Below are positions 35,071-47,633 of a DNA stretch of 64,000 bases, piece after piece; the first letter of the stretch is position 1; every line of letters starts with the position of its first letter. The position numbers were made by a program, and so were the translations under genes. The stretch spans positions 152,678 through 216,677 of the forward strand of contig NIVC01001979.1 in assembly GCA_002269645.1 (NCBI GenBank), in the 5' to 3' direction. The notes beneath the pieces are model-generated. The model did not search any database, was not told the origin of the DNA, and saw only the letters and a list, made by a program, of their open reading frames with translations. The stretch comes from Macrostomum lignano. Taxonomy: Eukaryota.

Positions 35071-35670
35071 ATGGCCAAGCTGCCGGAGTCTCCTCAGCGC
35101 CTGCAAGCCCAGCCAAGAAGCCGGTCGTTCAGCGCCTCCCGGGCCTCCTCCCTGCTGGACATGCTCGGCCGGCGCCGATCGAGGATGTTTTCTAAGAAAC
35201 GCCGGGCTTCGCCCAGGCCAGCGGATCAGGAAAAGGGTCAGCAGCGGCACAAGCTGACCATCCCACTGCAGATAGTCATCAGCGAGCTGTGCACTGATCG
35301 AACTGGTGCCGAGTTCGAAGTTCGATGGACCGCCTTCGACTCCTCCTGGCCGGACGATGCCACCGACGACAATCAGTGGCATGGCCGACCTGGCCAGCAG
35401 GGTCAGAAGCAGCAGCAGCGGAGGCCCCGATCGCACAGCAGTCCGGAGATGCAGCTGAGCCAGTCTGCCCAGGACAGCCTGCAGGAGGCGTCGTCGGCTG
35501 CTCAGCGGCAGCTGTTGGAGGCCGATCTCAAAGCTTTCCTCCGCTCAGAGCGCGGCAGCCAAAGGCGCAACGGACTGTGCCTGGAGCTGGACAGGCGACT
35601 GCACGACTCGGCTCTGTCCAGATTCTGCGAGCACGCGGCCATTGTTGACGCGATGAAGCAGTGCTTCTGA
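35071..35670 (+). CDS. Orphan protein of about 199 aa, unknown function
   Basis: Pyrimidine tract and AG (CCCGCCTTCAG) 8 nt before GCCATGG; GC3-rich codons like the neighbouring genes; basic Ser/Arg N-terminus, Gln-rich middle, helical C-terminus; no family recognised. Confidence 0.55.
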   Translation: MAKLPESPQRLQAQPRSRSFSASRASSLLDMLGRRRSRMFSKKRRASPRPADQEKGQQRHKLTIPLQIVISELCTDRTGAEFEVRWTAFDSSWPDDATDDNQWHGRPGQQGQKQQQRRPRSHSSPEMQLSQSAQDSLQEASSAAQRQLLEADLKAFLRSERGSQRRNGLCLELDRRLHDSALSRFCEHAAIVDAMKQCF

Positions 35671-35764
35671 CTCTGTGATTCGCCTCTAGCAGCTTACCGA
35701 GCTGGGCCAGTTGGGCTTGGGGTGCGCGTTTGGACTCGCCATTTCATTTTTGAGGAAGTGCCAA

Positions 35765-37050
35765 GGATGCTGCAAAGCTGCTAGTAAAGGTGGGCGAAGC
35801 TGCTAGTAAGGGGGGCACAGCTGCTAGTAAGGGAGGGCAAAGCTGCTAGTAAGGGGGGGCAAAGCTGCTAGTAAGGGAGGGCAAAGCTGCTAGTAAGGGG
35901 GGCACAGCTGCTAGTAAGGGGGCAAAGCTGCTAGTAGGGGGGGGCACAGCTGCTAGTAAGGGGGGCAAAGCTGCTAGTAAGGGAGGGCAAAGCTGCTAGT
36001 AAGGGGGGGCAAAGCTGCTAGTAAGGGGGCAAAGCTGCTAGTAAGGGGGGCGAAGCTACTAGTAGGGGGGCAAAGCTGCTAGTAAGGGAGGGCAAAGCTG
36101 CTAGTAAGGGGGGGGCAAAGCTGCTAGTAAGGGGGGCAAAGCTGCTAGTAAGGGGGGCGAAGCTGCTAGTAGGGGGGGCACAGCTGCTAGTTAGGGGGGC
36201 AAAGCTGCTAGTAAGGGAGGGCAAAGCTGCTAGTAAGGGGGGGGGCAAAGCTGCTAGTAAGGGGGGGCAAAGCTGCTAGTAAGGGGGGGCGAAGCTACTA
36301 GTAGGGGGGGGCAAAGCTGCTAGTAAGGGGGGCACAGCTGCTAGTAAGGGGGGGGCAAAGCTGCTAGTAAGGGGGCAAAGCTACTAGTAGGGGGGGGGCG
36401 AAGCTACTAGTAGGGGGGCACAGCTGCTAGTAAGGGGGGCAAAGCTGCTAGTAAGGGGGGGCAAAGCTGCTAGTAAGGGGGGGGGGCGAAGCTACTAGTA
36501 GGGGGGGGCACAGCTGCTAGTAAGGGGGCAAAGCTGCTAGTAAGGGGGGCAAAGCTGCTAGTAAGGGGGGCGAAGCTACTAGTAGGGGGGCAAAGCTACT
36601 AGTAGGGGGGCAAAGCTGCTAGTAAGGGAGGGCAAAGCTGCTAGTAAGGGGGGCAAAGCTGCTAGTAAGGGGGGCAAAGCTGCTAGTAGGGGGGCACAGC
36701 TGCTAGTTAGGGGGGCAAAGCTGCTAGTAAGGGGGGCAAAGCTGCTAGTAAGGGGGGCAAAGCTGCTAGTAAGGGGGGGGCAAAGCTGCTAGTAAGGGGG
36801 GGCAAAGCTGCTAGTAAGGGGGGCGAAGCTACTAGTAGGGGGGGGGCAAAGCTGCTAGTAAGGGGGGCACAGCTGCTAGTAAGGGGGGGGCAAAGCTGCT
36901 AGTAAGGGGGGCAAAGCTACTAGTAGGGGGGGGGGCGAAGCTACTAGTAGGGGGGCACAGCTGCTAGTAAGGGGGGCAAAGCTGCTAGTAAGGGGGGGGC
37001 AAAGCTGCTAGTAAGGGGGGGGGCGAAGCTACTAGTAGGGGGGGGGGCGC
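35765..37050. repeat. About 21-bp G-run minisatellite (GCTGCTAGTAAGGGGGGCAAA)
   Basis: About 60 units with variable G-tract length. Confidence 0.95.
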
Positions 37051-37994
37051 CCTCTTGTCTGGCTACCCCCAACCTAAGAGAGACACGAAGGGAGATGGAG
37101 ACGCGAGGAATCGAGAGAAATCCTCAGTAGGCGAAACCAATGGGGAAAATGTGATTTACGCTCTTACACAACCAGCTGATTTAAGGATTTCGACGCTAGC
37201 GGGCCTCTAAATCAGACTTAGACTGGATTGTTGTTCTTTCAGTTTTGTCTGCCGAGCAGAGCTGAGTCCTTGCGTGTCTTCTCCGCAGCCTGCTAGCGGA
37301 TGTCGTATCGGATGAAATCTACGAGCTCTTGTGTATGCCAAATATTTCTAAGAAATCAGATTCAGAAGCTCCATCTGTTCACCAACTCTGCTTCGTGATC
37401 GATAATTGATTTCTGAGCAGCGTCCAATGCCAAATGATTGTATAGGAAAATAATTCGTAACTAGTAGAGAGACCGCTTGTATATTATTTGTTATATTACT
37501 GTGGCATCAAAATCAAATAAATTGGCGAATAAAATCTGCATCATCACGCGCCTTTGCCTACTGTACTCTCTGAACGGGCCAGTCTCGAGGATGAGTGAGA
37601 TGCAGGCCTTCTCTGCTCCCCTCTAGCTCTCTCTTTCCAGATGAAAGCGGGCACGAATTTCTGTTTCAATCTGCAAAATGACGTTGATAAAAGGCTTTGT
37701 TTGTGTCAGGAAACTGACGGACGCGCTGCATCAAGGCTGCTGCGGCTAAATAAATATAGCTCGGTTGACCTAATCGGATGGAGGGGAGAGTGCCGGTCCC
37801 CAGGCCGAGTAGCCGGGGCTGCCGTAGCTTATGGACTAACGTTCTAGGCTACGAGACGGGATCAGCTGACTGATGAGTTATAGCCCAGCCAGGGACGCTT
37901 GCTTGCATGCAACTTTTGCCAGTTTTCCGTAATCGTGTCTTCTGCTGCGAAAGAGTCGGTCGGGAGATTTTTGTAACTCCCTGCAATTGATAGG

Positions 37995-39375
37995 TGATAG
38001 TGTGGGTTTTTCTGAGTGATAGTGTGGTTTCTCTGAGTGATGGTGTGGGTTTCTCTGAGTGATAGTGTGGTTTTCTCTTAGTGATAGTGTGGTTTTCTCT
38101 GAGTGATGGTGTGGGTTTCTCTGAGTGATAGTGTGGGTTTCTCTGAGTGATAGTGTGGGTTTCTCTGAGTGATAGTGTGGGTTTCTCTGAGTGATAGTGT
38201 GGGTTTCTCTGAGTGATAGTGTGGTTTTCTCTGAGTGATGGTGTGGGTTTCTCTGAGTGATAGTGTGGGTTTCTCTGAGTGATAGTGTGGGTTTCTCTGA
38301 GTGATGGTGTGGGTTTCTCTGAGTGATAGTGTGGTTTTCTCTTAGTGATGGTGTGGGTTTCTCTTAGTGATGGTGTGGGTTTCTCTGAGTGATAGTGTGG
38401 TTTTCTCTGAGTGATAGTGTGGGTTTCTCTGAGTGATAGTGTGGGTTTCTCTGAGTGATAGTGTGGGTTTCTCTGAGTGATAGTGTGGTTTTCTCTGAGT
38501 GATGGTGTGGGTTTCTCTGAGTGATAGTGTGGGTTTCTCTGAGTGATAGTGTGGGTTTCTCTGAGTGATGGTGTGGGTTTCTCTGAGTGATAGTGTGGTT
38601 TTCTCTTAGTGATGGTGTGGGTTTCTCTGAGTGATAGTGTGGTTTTCTCTGAGTGATAGTGTGGGTTTCTCTGAGTGATAGTGTGGGTTTCTCTGAGTGA
38701 TAGTGTGGGTTTCTCTGAGTGATAGTGTGGTTTTCTCTGAGTGATGGTGTGGGTTTCTCTGAGTGATAGTGTGGGTTTCTCTGAGTGATAGTGTGGGTTT
38801 CTCTGAGTGATGGTGTGGGTTTCTCTGAGTGATAGTGTGGTTTTCTCTGAGTGATGGTGTGGTTTTCTCTGAGTGATAGTGTGGTTTTCTCTGAGTGATA
38901 GTGTGGGTTTCTCTGAGTGATGGTGTGGGTTTCTATGAGTGATAGTGTGAGTTTTTCTGAGTGATAGTGTGGGTTTATTGGCACGATAGTGTGGGTTTTT
39001 CGAGGTGATGGTGTGGGTTTCTTGAGGTGATTAGTGTTGGTTTCTCGAGGTGATTGGTGTTGGTTTCTCGAGGTGATTGGTGTTGGTTTCTCGAGGTGAT
39101 GGTGTAGGTTTCTCGAGGTGATGGTGTGGGTTTTTTGGTGATAGTGTGGGTTTATTGGCACGATAGTGTGGGTTTTTTGAGGTGATGATGTGGGTTTCTC
39201 GAGGTGATTGGATGGGTTTCTCGAGGTGATCGGGTGGGTTTCTCGAGGTGATGGTGTGGGTTTCTCGAGGTGATGGTGTGGGTTTCTCGAGGTGATAGTG
39301 TGGGCTTCTCGAGGTGATTGTGTGGGCTTCTCGAGGTGATGGTGTGGGCTTCTCGAGGTGATTGGGTGGGTCTCT
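37995..39375. repeat. 22-bp minisatellite (CTGAGTGATAGTGTGGGTTTCT) grading into degenerate CGAGGTGAT variants
   Basis: Period 22 at 38101/38123/38145; homogeneous on the left, diverged on the right. Confidence 0.95.
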
Positions 39376-40120
39376 CGAGGTTTCAAATTTGATACTGCAT
39401 GCGAATCCAGCAGATTTCGTGCAGTTGTTGTTGTGTGGTTCTTGCTGCATATTGCTAAATGCCCAGCGCTCTTTGACATGCAAATAAAGAAAGATGACGC
39501 CAGTGATGCTGGACAAAGAGACGCGGGTTTTTCCTGCAGCACGATTCGAGAGGGGAAGAGGTTAAGAAGAACTCAAAGCGCAAAGTCTTGACAAAGAATT
39601 ACGACATTCAGAGGCAACAAAAGCAGAGTCTGAAAGCTGAAACTCCGGGAACAACATTTCCTCTTGCCTGCCGTCTTTTAGTTATTTTCTCCTAGCAGCA
39701 AACTCGCTAGTATCGCGCTTCGCTGAGCTTCATCAACGCGTTTCATTCTCCTTTTCTCCTGCCGCCACGCAATTTCCCGAGCAGGTGCGAGTCCACCTGC
39801 TACCTGGACTCCTGGTCTACCTGGTTGGGCACAGAGCTGGTTAAATGAAAGTCGATCAAGACAGCGGCTGTCACCGCCTCTCTGGGGAGAAAAGATTGAA
39901 GAGGGGGGGGCGTCACGAAAATTGAAGAAACAATCCTTAATTGCTTATTTGGACTGTCTTTGGCGACACGAAAACAGTTGATATTCTAGTTCCACTATTC
40001 TAGTGAAGTAGGCGTAAGTAGATCTCCAAGTCGAATATTGTTTTTTGCATCGGATTTGCAGCTAATAAATATGAAGCTTCTATTAAACAACCATTTAGTT
40101 AATAAACTTCCAAAAGGCAA

Positions 40121-40590
40121 GCTTCCGGTTGACAACTTTCTCTTTAAATCAACTTCCGGTTGGCAACTTTCTCTTTAAATCAACTTCCGGTTGGCAACCT
40201 TCCCTTTTAATCAACTTCCGGTTGGCAACTTTCTCTTTAAATCAACTTCCGGTTGGCAACTTTCTCTTTAAATCAACTTCCGGTTGGCAACTTTCTCTTT
40301 AAATCAACTTCCGGTTGGCAAATTTCTCTTTAAATCAACTTCCAGTTGGCAACTTTCTCTTTAAATCAACTTCCGGTTGGCAACTTTCTCTTTAAATCAA
40401 CTTCCGGTTGGCAAATTTCTCTTTAAATCAACTTCCAGTTGGCAACCTTCATTTAAATACTTCCATCCCAGTTAGCAACGTTTCAGGTTAAAATACTTCC
40501 GGTTGATAACCTGGAAATCTTCTAGTAAAAATACTTCCGGTTTATCAACCTTCCAATTAAAGTACATGTACTTCCGGTTAGCAACCTCCA
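40121..40590. repeat. 31-bp minisatellite (AAATCAACTTCCGGTTGGCAACTTTCTCTTT)
   Basis: About 10 good copies, then decaying ACTTCCGGTT units. Confidence 0.9.
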
Positions 40591-41039
40591 ATAGAAAACA
40601 GATTTTAAAAAAATATTTTTATCGTCTCAGTAATCGGTATAATCAACCAGATATTTTCATTACTCCCATCGAGCCACTCCTCAGCAGCTGAATGTTCGCA
40701 TCGCTAAACAAACAAAAGTACACTGAAAGCGAAGTTATATGAGCTCCTATTTCTTCGAATTTATCAACCAGCTCAAGTGACGCGGGCCCATATAGCGACT
40801 GCTATTCCCCCCAGCTTTCTGGTCGCTCGAGTTGGGAAAATCCTCATCCCATTTGGGGAAGAAGGAAAATGAGCTAAGGACTCAGGGAGTTCTATAATTA
40901 TGCAGAATCTTCAGGGGGTAGCGATTTCGGGTTGGGCCTGTTTCTTAAGTTCTTCATCCAGCGGTGATTAGGGATGCAGCCTCCGCGAATTCTTTTGTGC
41001 TCGTCTCAGCCTGTGGGTGCCAGTCTGAAGAATTCGAGT

Positions 41040-41345
41040 GAAACCGAGTGAATCTCATGGTGCTTGAGTCTCACGAGTGTGAATACCATGGATTGTGAAT
41101 CTCATGAGTGTGAATACCATGGATTGTGAATCTCATGAGTGTGAATCTCTTGAGTGTGAATCTCTTGAGTGTGAATCTCATGGTGCGTAAATCTCATGCT
41201 GTGTCAAACCGACAGTGTGTGAATCCCATGGTGGGTGATCTCATTGTGTGAATCCCATGGTGGGCGATCTCATTGTGTGAATCCCATGGTGGGTGATCTC
41301 ATTGTGTGAATCCCATGGTGGGTGATCTCATTGTGTGAATCCCAT
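41040..41345. repeat. GTGTGAAT-core compound minisatellite (15- and 29-bp units)
   Basis: GAGTGTGAATCTC and TGTGTGAATCCCATGGTGGGTGATCTCAT repeats. Confidence 0.85.
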
Positions 41346-41859
41346 CGCCAAGTGCTCGCTGGCTCAGCAGTTTCCGAGGAGGGCTAAAGAAAATTTCAAA
41401 GCCACTAGCAGGAAGAGTTCATCAGCGCTAGAAAGCTGATATTTCACTTCCCTGCCGCAGGCAAGAAATTCCCAACTGGTAATTGCATCTCCCGAAACAG
41501 ATTCCTCCCGTCAACCGCCTCCAATTTCCCTTTGATCTCCCGGCCTCTCCCCCCTCAGACGAGCGCCCCCCAGCAACTAAAAAGTGTCCCTGCGCCTGGA
41601 CGAGTTTCTTTGACTTAAAGCAGAAAATTCTGATTCCATTTTTTATATAATAGAATTTAGATCTATCTCTCCTGGCCTTGGGATTAAAGCCAACAATACA
41701 GGTGATGCAGCAAATTACTTCAGTTCGAAATTAGCTGTGTAAATTTATCAATCTTTTATTTTGAGGTGTCAGTGTGCGTATATTCAGCACCACTGAGATG
41801 CCCGTGATCTGACCTGGTAAACTAGAACACGGAATCAGTCTGAACACCCTAACTGAACA

Positions 41860-42200
41860 CCCCTCTAACACCCCACTCTAACACCCCACTCTAACACCCC
41901 ACTCTAACACCCCACTCTAAAACCACACTCTAACACCCCACTCTAACACCCCACTCTAAAACCACACTCTAACACCCCACTCTAACACCCCACTCTAACA
42001 CCCCAACCAGGTTTGATTTCCTTCTCTGAGAGAGCACTATAATGATTGTTGTCTAAAAAAGCAAAAAAAAATTAAGAGAAACTCGCTTAGCGTTAGACTT
42101 GGAGCTCTCTGTGTACGCTCTCTGTGTACGCTCTCTGTGTACGCTGTCTGTGTACGCTCTCTGTGTACGCTCTCTGTGTACGCTCTCTGTCTACTCTCTC
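41860..42200. repeat. Two 13-bp arrays (CTCTAACACCCCA; CTCTCTGTGTACG)
   Basis: 41860-42005 and 42105-42200, direct periodicity. Confidence 0.85.
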
Positions 42201-42600
42201 TGTACCTTGTGGGCGGTTTTGCCTTGAACGTAGCCTTGAACGCGGTATCGAATCCTTCTAAATGGGGAATCCGCTTAGCTAAATTGATGGGATTCCGATT
42301 CCAAATAAATAATTAATTAGCTGATATCAGATAATTTTGACCGCTTCCACGCGTAAGTCGAATATTATGAATAATTTTATATTTATCCTAAGTAAATATA
42401 TAACAAAACATAAGTCAGTAATGTTTTATTACGAGGACTTCAGACATCTAATAATAATAAAACTGAGTTACATTTTCCTTGCAAAACATTTTATTTAAAA
42501 AATTTTCCGCTGCACTACTTTTAGTAGCGATGGTGCTTAGGTTAGTAGTCACTTAAATTTATCCTCGCTGCTTGAAATTCCCAGTACTATTCGATGATAG

Positions 42601-43015
42601 CAGGGTTTGTGTGAAGCTTTTGGTTTGTGTGAAGCTTTGGCTTTGTGTGAAGCTTCTAGGATTTGTGTGAAGCTTATAGGATTTGTGTGAAGCTTTAGCT
42701 TTGTGTGAAGCTTAGGGTTTGTGTGAAGCTTAGGATCTGTGTGAAGCTTCTAGGGTTTGTGTGAAGCTTAGGGTTTGTGTGAAGCTTAGGGTTTGTGTGA
42801 AGCTTCTAGGGTTTGCGTGAAGCTTCTAGGTTTTGTGTGAAGCTTTTAGGGTTTGTGTGAAGCTTCTAGGATCTGTGTGAAGCTTCTAGGGTTTGTGTGA
42901 AGCTTAGGGTTTGTGTGAAGCTTAGGGTTTGTGTGAAGCTTCTAGGGTTTGCGTGAAGCTTCTAGGGTTTGTGTGAAGCTTTTAGAGTTTGTGTTCCCCT
43001 AAGGGGTTTGTGTGA
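42601..43015. repeat. 17-20-bp minisatellite (GGGTTTGTGTGAAGCTT(CT)A)
   Basis: About 21 units. Confidence 0.9.
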
Positions 43016-43814
43016 ATAGGGGTCCCACTTTCAGCTGCAGCACTGAGATTCAGCAATTCTTATAGCGTGAATAAGTCAGAAGTTTGCCATGCTCCCCAGC
43101 TCATTCAACTCTTGAAAGCATCCCTTCCCGCCAGACCCTCCCGTATCCCCTGCGTGTTTGTACCGTCTACTTAGCTGCATTGTACCTTGCTCAACCTCAT
43201 CTGCGCATCAGCTCGTAAAATGCGCAGGATCTTTGCTCACACCTCTTCCTATTCCTTCTCGACTTCTCCCAGAGACCGGCTGTAGCTTCGCCCCCCCCTT
43301 CCCGGGTCTCTGGGGGATAATGGCAGGGCGCTGGGGAAGTGAGAGCTAACAGAGGAAGCGGCCCCGCTGCAGGACTGACACACACACAATGTCCCTCAGC
43401 GCCACAAAGGCCGGCGCTTCTGAGCTGTATGAAGCTGAGCCTGCATGGTCGCTCAGGCGTGGCGAATGAGTTTTTTCCTTACACGGGGATTTGGCCTGAT
43501 GTCGTATAATTTAAAATAGCTTGCCCTGCCTCCTCGTCCCTGTGTATTTTTTTCTTCATTTTTTGTAATTTTCTCTTATTGAGTGCTGTCGGGAGACCCT
43601 GAGTGCCGCGTGGCTGGTTGTATAGAACTCAAGTAGCTAAATGAAGTCTCGGCTCAGTACCTGAATTGAAAGGAAGCTCAGTCTGACTCTTGATTCGTTT
43701 CCTTCTGGGTGTGGTTTTCTCGGATTGAAGAAAAGGAAATGTTGTCCCGCAATAATCATCTTTCACTAATGTCAACGGCTTTGGGAGTTGAATAATTAGG
43801 GGCTGCAGCAGCAG

Positions 43815-44151
<337 letters not shown>

Positions 44152-45654
44152 CTCTATTTATTATTAAAAAGGCCTCCCAGGTTCCGGCCAGACAGACCAA
44201 AAACTGCCAGTCTACTGAAGAAGTCGGGAAGGTCACATCAGGGGCAGACAGATATGGATTGGAAAGTCAAGCAGAGGCCCCAGAGAGCTGGGAGGGATTT
44301 CGGACCCGCCCTCAGAAGGCAGAGAGAAAAAGCAATTTCGCCACTCCAACTTGGCGCTCCTGGCCCACTTCTTTTGCATTATCCCTCAGCCCCACAGGAG
44401 CCGCACCGAGGCCCCCATGGGAAAGAAATCAGTGGAAAAAGGAGCGGCAAAGGCACGAGAGAGGAGATGAAGCGGGAGGCTGGTCAAAAGGGCCTAGGGA
44501 GGGGGGGAGGTGGCTCTGTCAATCAGCGGGCAGAGAGAGGGAGAGATGCGGAGCAGAGGCTGGGTGCTGCTGCTTTGCGTCAACACTTACTATAGCGGCA
44601 TATAGTGTCGGGCGGCAGTCTCTCTCCGCCATCTCCCCTATATCTGCCTTCCCCTGGCCCTAGGCTGATTTTGCCCTGGAATTCGTTAGACAAAACGAAG
44701 GACTAAGGGGATATATGTGGGATAGCGATAGAAAGTCCAAGCCAGCCAGTGAATGGGCAGCTGATGGGCAGAAGATGAAGGGGCGCAGATTTCTGACTGA
44801 GAAAAAATTGCCTGCCGATGTCAGCCGGCCTTCACTGCCGATGAGAGCAGCAGCCTCAGTGCGGCACTCGGGAATGAGTAGAATATGGAGAGCCTGGGCA
44901 GTCTGTGCCGGGCAGTAACTCCGCATCAAACGAGCGCAGCTCTTGCTCATTTTCTATTTCTATCGTTCGGAGCACAGGCGGGGCGAAGATGAGCTCCGAT
45001 ATAAGGACCCGGGCAATACGGGGGCCCTGTGAGCAGCGGATAATCCCCCGGATTAAGACAGAGAAAAGCAGAAGCAGAGGGGGGAGCATCCAAAACCCTG
45101 AAGAAGTCTGTCACTGCGCGCTTCCATCATACTTTCTGCTCAGCAAGCTTCTTCTCATCCACCCAAAGGACCGAGAGGCTTCGATGACGTCACGCATTGA
45201 GCTCGTCGAAAGTGAAGCCACCTGCTAATGAGGGGGTCTCACACCCAGTCGGATGGAGACACAGAGTGAGATCTCACAGTTTGCGAAAGAGGCTGCTGAT
45301 TAGAGATTTGAGGCACGAAGACCGGCCGAGGGGCCTTTGTCTGCTTTCTCCATCTCCTGCGTCCCGCCTCTGAACGGCTCCGTGTCTTAGCAAAACTCGC
45401 CTGTCTAATTATTTTCAACTCGAAGCTGCAAAGAGCCTGTGGCTCCTTTGAAAGCGACTAAGTCGCGTCCAAAGCATCTTGTTAGCCATGGCAGGCAGAA
45501 GATTATTAGTGAGCTAGCCTGCTTCTCTGGTGCCGCCAAGGCAGGCACTTCAAGCCAGACAGGAAAATTTCTAAGATTATAAACAAATAAGTGACATTGC
45601 TTGACATTTGAAACAAATATTTGAGAGGCGGGTGACAAGGGACATACGCACATT

Positions 45655-46858
45655 AACTGAGATCAGTGACAGCAGGCAGACACACACAGAGGTCAGTGAC
45701 AGAGGGCAGACACACACAGAGGTCAGTGACAGAGGGCAGACACACACAGAGGTCAGTGACAGAGGGCCAGACACACAAAGACGTCACTGACAGGGGGCAG
45801 ACACACACAGAGACCAGTGACAGCAGGCAGACACACAAAGAGGTCAGTGACAGGAAGGAGACACACGCAGAGGTCAGTGACAGCAGGCAGACACACACAC
45901 AGAGGTCAGTGACAGCAGGCAGACACACGCAGAGGTCAGTGACAAGGGGCAGACACACGCAGAGGCCAGTGACAGCAGGCAGACACACACACAGAGGTTA
46001 GTGACAGCAGGCAGACACACGCAGAGGCCAGTGACAGCAGGCAGACACACGCAGAGGCCAGTGACAGGGGGCAGACACACGCAGAGGCCAGTGACAGCAG
46101 GCAGACACACACAGAGGTCAGTGACAGCAGGCAGATACACACAGAGGTCAGTGACAGGGGGCAGACACACACAGAGGCCAGTGACAGCAGGCAGACACAC
46201 ACAGAGGTCAGTGACAGCAGGCAGACACACGCAAAGGCCAGTGACAGCAGGCAGACACACAGACAGAGGCCAGTGACAGCAGGCAGACACACACACAGAG
46301 GTCAGTGACAGCAGGCAGACACACGCAGAGGCCAGTGACAGCAGGCAGACACACGCAGAGGCCAGTGACAGCAGGCAGACACACACACAGAGGCCAGTGA
46401 CAGCAGGCAGACACACAAAGAGGTCAGTGACAGGAAGGAGACACACGCAGAGGTCAGTGACAGCAGGCAGACACACACACAGAGATCAGTGACAGCAGGC
46501 AGACACACGCAGAGGTCAGTGACAGCAGGCAGACACACGCAGAGGCCAGTGACAGCAGGCAGACACACACACAGAGGCCAGTGACAGCAGGCAGACACAC
46601 ACACAGAGGTCAGTGACAGCAGGCAGACACACGCAGAGGCCAGTGACAGGGGGCAGACACACGCAGAGGCCAGTGACAGCAGGCAGACACACACAGAGGT
46701 CAGTGACAGCAGGCAGATACACACAGAGGTCAGTGACAGGGGGCAGACACACACAGAGGCCAGTGACAGCAGGCAGACACACACAGAGGTCAGTGACAGC
46801 AGGCAGACACACACAGAGGTCAGTGACAGTGGGCAGACACACGCAAAGGCCAGTGACA
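45655..46858. repeat. 30-34-bp minisatellite (GAGGTCAGTGACAGCAGGCAGACACACACA)
   Basis: About 38 units, variable CA tract, recurring blocks of variant units. Confidence 0.95.
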
Positions 46859-47398
46859 AAAAATAGTTTTGCCACAAACCCAGGCTTACGCGCAGGCAAT
46901 AAGTAGAATTAATCTCTGTATGCTTTTTAAACTGGGGAAATTAATTGGGCAAAAACTCGACCTTGTCAGCCGCCACCCCGTGTCCCAAAACGTGCCGTTT
47001 TATCGCCAGATTTTTCGCAAGTCCAGCCCGCACTGTTTTTGCCCTTCACACGCGCCGGCCCCGCCGGCTGCGCATTCCTCTACCGCAGTTGAATCTTCGC
47101 TTCTATCCTCGTCTTCCCAAAGCCCCGGTTACGGACTGCACTTCAAACTGGTTGGGGAGCCGCTATACCCCACAGCCAGCTTTTGCTTGCGACAACTGCG
47201 ATGCTTCTTCTGCTTGCAAAAGAAAATCTGACAGCGCAAACCGTGTCGCTGTCTGAAACCAAAAACAAAAAGCTTATCGGCATAATAAGGCTTAAGCGAG
47301 TGCTGTCAATACTGCTAATTTTGTTCCCTGGGTAGCTTTTCAGTGACTCGGAAGTTATCGCTCTTGAAGAAGCCTGCTTCGAAAAGTTTTGTCAACTA

Positions 47399-47633
<235 letters not shown>

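Noticed and set aside
38364-39542. 392-aa His/Thr-rich ORF
   Set aside because: Translation of the 22-bp array; no domain recognised.
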